Positions 37,616 to 44,718 of a stretch of 64,000 nt of DNA are shown one piece after another (the first letter of the stretch is position 1; each line of letters opens with the position of its first letter). The notes below the pieces were generated by a model that was not told the origin of the DNA, did not search any database, and saw only the letters and a list, made by a program, of their open reading frames with translations. Both the position numbers and the translations under genes were made by a program. Location: NCBI GenBank assembly GCA_009782555.1, contig WRIV01000012.1, positions 1,470 to 65,469 on the forward strand, written 5' to 3'. The stretch is from Treponema sp. Lineage in GTDB: Bacteria > Spirochaetota > Spirochaetia > Treponematales > Breznakiellaceae.

Positions 37616-38111
37616 AAAAGGGGACGGCGGTAATACATTTCTTCCCGGAAAAACTGAAGCTGTTCAAAAGGATCATCCCCGCATTGAATGCCTTGGAGCG
37701 CTGGATGAACTGGATGCATTCCTCGTCGTCAGCGAAATTTCTCTGATGGTAAACGGAAGTTCGCCGGCGGCAAAAGTAATTTCTGAAATACGAAAAGAAC
37801 TATCTACCGTGGTCATGCCTGCCGCGGCCGGATCTTTGGTTATTGATATACCGGGTTTAAACACCGATTGGCTTGAACGGCAAATTATTAAGATGGAAGA
37901 AAAAAATCCCCTCCGGGGCTTTGTCAGGACCTGGACCAGAGCGGCGGCGGCAAACCTAAACGCCGCCCGTTCAATTTGCCGCCGGGCTGAACGGCGTATG
38001 ACCAGCGCCGCAAAAAGCGGACAGGAAAATGCCGGCGCCGCATTGCTTCCCTGGCTCAACCGGCTGTCGGATTTGCTTTTTATGCTTGCCGTATCAGAGG
38101 AACTGCGTTAA
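37599..38111 (+). CDS. pduO: PduO-type ATP:cob(I)alamin adenosyltransferase
   Basis: 170 aa. N-terminus TKKGDGGNT...IECLGALDELDAFL and C-terminus LNRLSDLLF are typical of the PduO/MMAB family. Confidence 0.85.
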   Translation: MSIVTKKGDGGNTFLPGKTEAVQKDHPRIECLGALDELDAFLVVSEISLMVNGSSPAAKVISEIRKELSTVVMPAAAGSLVIDIPGLNTDWLERQIIKMEEKNPLRGFVRTWTRAAAANLNAARSICRRAERRMTSAAKSGQENAGAALLPWLNRLSDLLFMLAVSEELR

Positions 38112-38850
38112 TCCGGACAGGAAAGAGCAGATCCGTATCCATACCGTACAACCCCTTAAGAATGGAGCCGGACAAAACTTCCGCCGCCGGACCCTGGGCG
38201 GCGATAGTTCCATCTGCTATAAGGATAACTCTGTTACTGTACCGGAGGGCTAAATTCAAATCATGAAAGACTGAAATAACCGTTCGTTTTTCCGCCCTTA
38301 CCCAGGAAGCAAGATGATCCAGCAGAGAAAGCTGGTGTTTAATGTCCAGATGGCTGGTGGGCTCATCCAGCAGGATGATCCTCGGTTCCTGCGCCAAAGT
38401 CCGGGCAAGAAAAACAAGCTGAAGCTGGCCTCCGGACAATTCGTTGATTGGTTTTTCCCGCAGAGGATCAAGGCCCAGAGTAGTAAGAACATTTTCTATG
38501 GCTGCCGCATCTGCGCTGTCAAGACTGCCGAACCAGCCTTTCCGGCGGGCGTACCTTCCCATGGCAACCGTGTCATACACCGTATAGGGAAAGTACAGCG
38601 GGGAAACTTGACCCAACAGGGCGATGTGCCGGGCCAGTTCTTTTCGGGAAAAACCGGCGCTGTCCCGGCCTTCGATGGCAATATTTCCCCGGAATGGCAA
38701 GAGCCGGGCAATTGCTTTAAGGAGAGTGCTTTTTCCGCAGCCGTTGGGCCCGGCAACACAAAGGAATTCCCCCGCGTTCACCCTTAGGCTGATTCCCCGC
38801 AGGATATCCTCCGTTCCGTAGCCGCAGTTTAAATTGTTTAATTCAAGCAT
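38080..38850 (-). CDS. btuD: ABC transporter ATPase (BtuD/FecE-like)
   Basis: Start set to the Met at 38850, which overlaps the permease stop (ATGCTTGA). Walker A GPNGCGKST, signature LSGGQLQ, Walker B ILLDEPTSHLD. Confidence 0.85.
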   Translation of the reverse strand: MLELNNLNCGYGTEDILRGISLRVNAGEFLCVAGPNGCGKSTLLKAIARLLPFRGNIAIEGRDSAGFSRKELARHIALLGQVSPLYFPYTVYDTVAMGRYARRKGWFGSLDSADAAAIENVLTTLGLDPLREKPINELSGGQLQLVFLARTLAQEPRIILLDEPTSHLDIKHQLSLLDHLASWVRAEKRTVISVFHDLNLALRYSNRVILIADGTIAAQGPAAEVLSGSILKGLYGMDTDLLFPVRINAVPLIRQA

Positions 38851-39904
38851 GATACACCGCCTTTCGGCGGCCAAAATACACCCAGGCAAAGAAAGGAGCG
38901 CCAATCAGGGCCGTAACGGCGCCCACGGGAAGCTCCGAAGGGCTTATCGCCATCCTGGCGGCAAGATCGGCAGCAGCCATAAGAATTCCTCCGGCGCAAA
39001 ACGACAGGGGGATTACCTGGCGATGGCGGGAACCAACGATGCGCCGCACCGCATGGGGGGCGATAAGGTCCACAAAACCAATGGCACCGCAGAGGGCTAC
39101 CGCCGTACCGGTAAGGAGGGCTGCAAAAAGGAAGAGCCGCTTCCGCACCGTTTGAACATTTACCCCCATAGACAGCGCTGTTTCTTCTCCAAAGGAAAGG
39201 ATATCCATTTCTCCCATATACCGGATGATCCCCAGCAGCCCCGCCGCAAGAAAAGGGAGTATGAGGGCAATATGGCTCCAGCCCCGGAGGGCAAAACTAC
39301 CCATCTGCCAGTGCAGGAGGTTTTTTAATTCCTCCCTGAACAGCGAAAGCAGAGTGGTAAGGATTGCATTAACAAAGAGGGAAAAGACCATTCCAAAAAG
39401 AATGATCGTATTGTTGGAAAGTGTTTTATCCAGCCGGTAAGAAAGGGCGATCACCGCAAGGACTGTTCCCAGACCGAAAATAAAACCAGCCAGGGGCAAA
39501 AGAAAGGGCTGGAGGAACGATAATGAAAACACCCCCCAGGGACCCGATCCCAGGGAAAGGCCGCCGATCATCACCAGTGCTGCTCCCAGAGAAGCGCCGG
39601 AGGAAACTCCCAATATGTAGGGTGAGGCAAGCTGGTTTTTCAGTACCGATTGAAACACCGATCCGCTTACCGCCAGGGATCCCCCCACGATAAAGGCGAG
39701 AATTGTCCGGGGCAGCCGGAGTTCCCACACGATGGCGGTAATCTGCGGATCCACTCCTGTACCAAGGCCAAAGAGTTTCGCCGCCAAAACCCTAAGAGTT
39801 TCCACTGGTTTTATGCCGGCACTTCCCAGAGAAGTTCCGATGCAAAGGACAGCCAGGGAAATCACAGCGGCGGCAAGAAATGTTTTATGTGAGGAGTTCT
39901 TCAT
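38843..39904 (-). CDS. btuC: FecCD-family ABC permease (BtuC-like)
   Basis: 353 aa polytopic protein. Motifs: RLPRTILAFIVGGSLAVSG and GAIGFVDLIAPH. Confidence 0.85.
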   Translation of the reverse strand: MKNSSHKTFLAAAVISLAVLCIGTSLGSAGIKPVETLRVLAAKLFGLGTGVDPQITAIVWELRLPRTILAFIVGGSLAVSGSVFQSVLKNQLASPYILGVSSGASLGAALVMIGGLSLGSGPWGVFSLSFLQPFLLPLAGFIFGLGTVLAVIALSYRLDKTLSNNTIILFGMVFSLFVNAILTTLLSLFREELKNLLHWQMGSFALRGWSHIALILPFLAAGLLGIIRYMGEMDILSFGEETALSMGVNVQTVRKRLFLFAALLTGTAVALCGAIGFVDLIAPHAVRRIVGSRHRQVIPLSFCAGGILMAAADLAARMAISPSELPVGAVTALIGAPFFAWVYFGRRKAVYHA

Positions 39905-40824
39905 TCAGAATAAACCGCCCGGTATATTGCTTCCAATGCCAGTACAATGTTCTGCGAGGGACGGGAAACAAGGTTCGCGTCAATGGCGTATACCTTGTTT
40001 TGCCGTACCGCCGCCAGGGCGGAAAAACCCGGACGACTTTTTATTTCCGCCGCCGCTGATCCCGCTGTCAGGCCGGGATCGGCAATGGTTAGGATCACAT
40101 CGGGGTTGGAGTGAATAATCGCCTCTGCGCTGGGGGTAAACCACCGTACTTCGGCTGCAAAAATATTCTGGGCGCCGATTATTTCGATAAGCTCGTTAAG
40201 ATACGTTCCCCTGCCAAAACTAACTATGTGAGGAGCCGGGGCTACTTCAAAATAAATCCTTTTTCCAGCATATACCGCTGTATGTTCCGCCGCACGTCCC
40301 GCAATTACCTTAATCTGTTCCTCCATGCGGCGGACCAGCGCTTCCCCTCTTTCCGTAACGCCCAGCGCTTCTGCAATGTGGATAATGTCGCCGTAAATTT
40401 CTCCGACGCTGCTGCTGGTGGGTATTTGAAGCACCCTGATTCCCAGGCGCTGGAAAAAATCAAAGGGTGTTTCGGCGCTGCCGTTAGTGTTGATCTCGCC
40501 GGAGATAATAATGTCCGGTTTTAAGGCGGCAACGGCTTCGATGTCGGGATAGAAAAAATCTATTTCCGGCAGATCCTGCGTTACTCCTTCCACATCCCGG
40601 GAGTATTTATCCACGGCTATCAGCCTGTCCGCCAGGCCCAGCCCTGCGATTATTTCGGTGCTGGAGGGAGCGGTAGAAATGATCCTAAACGGCGGAAGGT
40701 GGTTCTCCGGTATGGGTGTCCTTTCGGCAAAGCTGGGCAGAAGAGCAAATATAATAAAAACAACTGAAAAAACGGCCATGACTACGAAAACAACTGCGGC
40801 AGCCGATAAACGTTTTTCGTTCAT
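39901..40824 (-). CDS. btuF: Periplasmic binding protein of the BtuF/FhuD class
   Basis: 307 aa with a signal anchor. Begins RIISTAPSSTEIIAGLGLADRLIAVD, typical of cluster-A binding proteins. Overlaps the permease start by 4 nt. Confidence 0.8.
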   Translation of the reverse strand: MNEKRLSAAAVVFVVMAVFSVVFIIFALLPSFAERTPIPENHLPPFRIISTAPSSTEIIAGLGLADRLIAVDKYSRDVEGVTQDLPEIDFFYPDIEAVAALKPDIIISGEINTNGSAETPFDFFQRLGIRVLQIPTSSSVGEIYGDIIHIAEALGVTERGEALVRRMEEQIKVIAGRAAEHTAVYAGKRIYFEVAPAPHIVSFGRGTYLNELIEIIGAQNIFAAEVRWFTPSAEAIIHSNPDVILTIADPGLTAGSAAAEIKSRPGFSALAAVRQNKVYAIDANLVSRPSQNIVLALEAIYRAVYSE

Positions 40825-40842
40825 TCATCCTCCGTTGAAGTG

Positions 40843-42879
40843 CTAAAACCGGTACTGCATGGAAACAGTAATGGAACGGCCGTCTCCGGGATAATAAGCG
40901 TCATAATAAACCTGAGGAGCATAAAGGGTATCCAGCAGATTTTTTGCGGTGATCTGAAAAGCAAACCGGCTTTCACCCTTGTCCGCAGCAAAACGCACCC
41001 GGGCTCCCAGTAAAAAATAAGCACCCAGGGGGTCATTCACATTAGAAGTATCCCCTCCCGCAAATTGGGTGCTTACATATTCAATATCCGGCCCAAAACT
41101 CAAGCCAAAGGGAAGATGAACCAGAAGATTTCCATATACCTTAAGCTGAGGAACCAGCGGCACCTGTTTATTTTTATTGGGGCCGTCAGTAAAAAAAGCA
41201 TATACCCAGGAATAGGATATATCAAGGGAAATCAAGTCTACTGGAGCAAGACTTAAGCCCATATTGGATCCAAAACGCCGTGTTTTATCCTGGTTTTCAT
41301 TAATATAGGAAGAATTGGGGACTATCTCGTCATCCAACTGCATAAAGAAAAAATTCGCCGAAAAGCTGAAGACATCCTCCAACTGCCAGGCAACCCCTGC
41401 TTCTGCATTAAACCCTTTTTCCGGTTTTAAGCCGGAATTAAATGTATCGCTGGAATACCCATAGGCCTGAACTAACTCATCCACAAAGGGATAGCGAAAA
41501 AGAGCGCCGTACCGGGCATAGAGTTTTAATGTTTTCAGCGGATTATACACAATTCCTGCATCATACACAAACGCATTATAAGTTTTGTTTCCGTCAGCAT
41601 ATCCACTCTGGGTCTCTGCTTTGATGATCGCCGTATCAAAACGGCTTCCTGCTGAAAAAGAAATATTAGGCAGGGGGAAAAACCGGGCCATCAGATAAGG
41701 GCCAACGGTCCATTCGGAAATAGTAAAGGCATTTGCTGGTAAATTCCTTGCCTTATCACCATAGATATCCGCTTTGAGCCGGGTATAAAAAATATCCACC
41801 CCGCCAAGCAGGCGGATCGGCATACCGGCAATGTCAAATGCTGCCGAACCCTGAGGCCGGGCTTCTGCAGAATGAATAGTTCTATCAGCATAACTAGGCC
41901 GGGAAGTCATATCGATCCCGATGGATTTTCCCCGGTATGAAAGGGGCATCATGAATTCAAGCTTGTCTGTTGGAAACCAGCGGAAAGAAGCTCCGCCTCC
42001 AAAATGATACTCGGTAATTTCATCGCTGCCGTTGTAAACGCCAAAAACCGGATTCATCCAGTCAGACCAATCATCATACAACGCCTGCTTTGGATCATTT
42101 TCAAATTGTGCCTTTGAAAGCCCGCCGGGGAGTTGATAGTGCAGATCAGAAAAAAATCCGTTAAACGAAAGCTGCATGGTATCGCCGGTAAAAACAGTGG
42201 CGCTTCCGGCAATATTGGCAGCCTGGGAGGCTTGCCGTTGTCTGTACCCCTTGGTACCGTAATGTTCGGCGAAGATTGAAAAATTCCCCCAGGAAAGGGG
42301 TTCGAAATGCGAAAACGATTCCTGGTTACTAAAAAAACTCCCCCCCGCAATTCCAATAAAGGTTCGTTTTTTGCCGTCCTTCTTGGTAATGATATTGATC
42401 ACCCCTCCCAGGGCATTGTTGCCATACTGGACACCGGCACTTCCGTCCAGCACCTCAATCCGCTCAACTGCGGAAAGGGGAATGGAGTTCCAGTTTGCGA
42501 CACCCATGTCGGGATCGTTTATTTTATTGCCGTCCACCAGGATTAGAACCCGGCCATGGGAGTTTTCTCCGAAACCCCGCATGGAAATTATTTCGGATCC
42601 GGCCCCCGCCATGGCGCCGGAAAAACGCACCCCCGGCACGGCTTCCAATACATCGACGATAGAAGACGATCCCGACTGGGCGATGTCGCCGGCAGTAATG
42701 ATCCGTATCTGGACGGGAACGGTCATGGCCTCTTCGGAAATTCTGCCTGCAGTAACCACCAGTTCATCGCCGGATTCTCCGAAATCCAGGAAATTCTCGG
42801 TATTTTGAGCGCCAATGGCAGCAATGCATACCAAAAACAGGGTAAAAACAAGGGAAAAAGGGAGTTTTTGGGGAAACAT
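40843..42879 (-). CDS. btuB: TonB-dependent outer-membrane receptor (BtuB-like by its riboswitch context)
   Basis: 678 aa with a signal peptide. Plug-domain motifs (ELVVTAGR, IVDVLEAVPGVRF, RVLILVDG, IERIEVLDG) and a C-terminal beta-barrel ending ...MQYRF. GAGGAG RBS. Confidence 0.88.
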   Translation of the reverse strand: MFPQKLPFSLVFTLFLVCIAAIGAQNTENFLDFGESGDELVVTAGRISEEAMTVPVQIRIITAGDIAQSGSSSIVDVLEAVPGVRFSGAMAGAGSEIISMRGFGENSHGRVLILVDGNKINDPDMGVANWNSIPLSAVERIEVLDGSAGVQYGNNALGGVINIITKKDGKKRTFIGIAGGSFFSNQESFSHFEPLSWGNFSIFAEHYGTKGYRQRQASQAANIAGSATVFTGDTMQLSFNGFFSDLHYQLPGGLSKAQFENDPKQALYDDWSDWMNPVFGVYNGSDEITEYHFGGGASFRWFPTDKLEFMMPLSYRGKSIGIDMTSRPSYADRTIHSAEARPQGSAAFDIAGMPIRLLGGVDIFYTRLKADIYGDKARNLPANAFTISEWTVGPYLMARFFPLPNISFSAGSRFDTAIIKAETQSGYADGNKTYNAFVYDAGIVYNPLKTLKLYARYGALFRYPFVDELVQAYGYSSDTFNSGLKPEKGFNAEAGVAWQLEDVFSFSANFFFMQLDDEIVPNSSYINENQDKTRRFGSNMGLSLAPVDLISLDISYSWVYAFFTDGPNKNKQVPLVPQLKVYGNLLVHLPFGLSFGPDIEYVSTQFAGGDTSNVNDPLGAYFLLGARVRFAADKGESRFAFQITAKNLLDTLYAPQVYYDAYYPGDGRSITVSMQYRF

Positions 42880-42899
42880 GGGAACTCCTCCAGGCTCTA

Positions 42900-43035
42900 T
42901 CCGCGAAACCTGATAAGAAATAGCGGTTTTTTCAGAAAAACCGGCCTGCTCAAAGTTCCTGGCTTATGAAACAAATTTTCAAATCACAGTTACGGGATAG
43001 CGGGGGATTTTCGCCCCTCTTCCTTTAAGACAGAC
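42900..43035 (-). promoter_or_regulatory. Cobalamin (B12) riboswitch controlling the btuB-like operon
   Basis: The minus strand reads ...AAAGGAAGAGGGGCGAAAATCCCCCGCTATCCCGTAACTGTGA...AAGCCAGGAAC...CAGGCC. This matches the conserved GGAA..GGUG.GAAAAUCC...GC..CCCG.AACUGU core and a B12-box-like AGCCAGGA. A stem CGGTTTTT/AAAAACCG (42923-42944) followed by a U-rich run serves as the expression platform. Confidence 0.8.
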
Positions 43036-43041
43036 AAATCC

Positions 43042-43071
43042 ATTGTAACAGGGCGGGGAAAAAAATGTCAA
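43042..43071 (-). promoter_or_regulatory. Sigma70-type promoter driving the riboswitch and btuB operon
   Basis: Minus strand: TTGACA (43071-43066), an 18-nt spacer, then TACAAT (43047-42). Confidence 0.6.
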
Positions 43072-43089
43072 TAATACGCAAAATAGGCC

Positions 43090-43118
43090 TTGCCAATTTT
43101 TGAAAGACATGCTATAGT
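43090..43118 (+). promoter_or_regulatory. Sigma70-type promoter predicting a leaderless hemerythrin transcript
   Basis: TTGCCA (43090-43095), a 17-nt spacer and TATAGT (43113-43118). The ATG at 43125 lies only 6 nt after the -10 element, and no Shine-Dalgarno sequence intervenes. Confidence 0.55.
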
Positions 43119-43124
43119 CATTCT

Positions 43125-43607
43125 ATGGCAAGCGATGAAATTGTTACCTGGCATAGATCCTATTCGGTTAGCATTCCTCTGATCGATTCCCAGCATATGG
43201 AGTTGATTAACTTGACCAACAAACTGTACCGGAGCTGCCTGAGAGGCAGAGACAGCTCCTTGGAAGTTTTTATGGTGGTACTCCGGGGGGCGGTGGACTA
43301 TGTAGGATACCATTTTTCCACTGAGGAAAAAATTATGGAACGGGTGGAGTATCCTAATTTTGGAGCCCACAAAAGGGAGCATAACGATTTTGTCCGAGAG
43401 GTGCTTAAATCGGTAGACGATCTTTCCAAGGGGGGTACCGTAAATCCCCTGGGGTTTGTTAAATACCTAAAAGACTGGGTGTTGACCCATATTGCTGTTA
43501 CTGACTCCGCTCTGGGACACCATCTGGTAGCCTTAAAACAAAAGGGTGTTCTGCAAAATATTACCCTTAAGGTAAAACAGGTTTCGAATCGTTATGTGTT
43601 TGATTGA
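43125..43607 (+). CDS. Hemerythrin-like (bacteriohemerythrin) metal-binding protein
   Basis: 160 aa. Motifs: W...YSVSIPLIDSQHMELI, HFSTEEKIME, AHKREHNDF, THIAVTDS. These supply the His/Glu/Asp ligands of the di-iron site. Confidence 0.88.
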   Translation: MASDEIVTWHRSYSVSIPLIDSQHMELINLTNKLYRSCLRGRDSSLEVFMVVLRGAVDYVGYHFSTEEKIMERVEYPNFGAHKREHNDFVREVLKSVDDLSKGGTVNPLGFVKYLKDWVLTHIAVTDSALGHHLVALKQKGVLQNITLKVKQVSNRYVFD

Positions 43608-43613
43608 GGCGGC

Positions 43614-44705
43614 ATGGGAGAGGAACAAGTACCGGGGTTTTTTAAGACCGCCCCGGAACCAGCTCGTTCAATAGCAGAAGAAAAAGAATCAAAATTCCGC
43701 AGAGTTGCCAAATTTCTCGTCCTTATTGGAAGCAGCCGGGGATCGGAAATCCTTTCCAGGCTTCCTCAGGATCAGGTGGAAGCAATTTCCAGAGAAATCG
43801 CTTCCGTCGAAACAATAGGGCCGGAGGAAAGACAGGAAATTCTGGAGGAATTCAGTTCCCTGCTGACTTCTCCCTATCAGGTCCTGGGGCCTTCCTCCGG
43901 CGGCATCGAAGCGGCCCGGCGGGCGCTGTATGCCGCTTTTGGCCCGGAAAAGGGGGAGCGGCTCCTTCTTAAAGCGGTGCCTACAGCAAAACCCAATCCC
44001 TTTGATTTTCTGGAAGACTTTTCCGGCGATCAGCTGGCCCTCCTTTTTAGGGAAGAATCTCCATTGGCGGCGGCCCTGGTTTTTTCCCGGCTGCCGCCCA
44101 AACTTTCCGCCGCAGCCCTTTCCCGCTTCCCGGGCGAAAAAAAACTAGAAATCCTAAAACGCATAGCCAAACAGGCGGCGGTTGCTCCGGAAGTGCTGGA
44201 ACAGGCCGCCGGAGCCCTTAGGGAAAAAGCCAAACGGATCAGCGCTCAGGCCGGTAATTCCGGCGATATAAATTTTAGCGGCATGGATGCCCTGGCGGCG
44301 ATCCTAAAATCCTCCGATATGGGTTTTGGTGATGAAATTCTGGGCCAACTGGAACAGGAGGACCCCGAACTGAGCAGAGCCCTAAAGGAAAAAATCTACA
44401 CCATGGAGGATATCTTAAACGCCGCCGACCTTCCCATCCAGAAAAAACTCGCTTCCATGGACGACCGGAATGTCGTACTCCTCCTTAAGGCCCGGACAGG
44501 AAACGAGGATACCGCCCTCTTCCGGGAAAAAATACTCCGTAACCTTTCCCAGGGAAGGCGGGAGGTAATTCTGGAAGAAGAGAACATTACCGGCGCCGTT
44601 CTCCGCCGTGATGTGGACGAGGCTGCGGCGGCTTTTCTTGCCTGGTTCAGGCAGGAAAGGGAAGAGGGCGGTATAATACTTCTGGATGATGATCTGGTAA
44701 TCTAA
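43614..44705 (+). CDS. fliG: Divergent FliG paralog (flagellar motor switch protein family)
   Basis: 363 aa. Collinear with FliG: VAKFLVLIGSSRGSEILSRLPQDQVEAISREIA; FDFLEDFSGDQLALLF; ILKRIA; IYTMEDIL; LSQGRREVILEEE. The EHPQ motif reads ESPL here. Confidence 0.8.
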   Translation: MGEEQVPGFFKTAPEPARSIAEEKESKFRRVAKFLVLIGSSRGSEILSRLPQDQVEAISREIASVETIGPEERQEILEEFSSLLTSPYQVLGPSSGGIEAARRALYAAFGPEKGERLLLKAVPTAKPNPFDFLEDFSGDQLALLFREESPLAAALVFSRLPPKLSAAALSRFPGEKKLEILKRIAKQAAVAPEVLEQAAGALREKAKRISAQAGNSGDINFSGMDALAAILKSSDMGFGDEILGQLEQEDPELSRALKEKIYTMEDILNAADLPIQKKLASMDDRNVVLLLKARTGNEDTALFREKILRNLSQGRREVILEEENITGAVLRRDVDEAAAAFLAWFRQEREEGGIILLDDDLVI

Positions 44706-44718
44706 GGCAGCGGCACAA

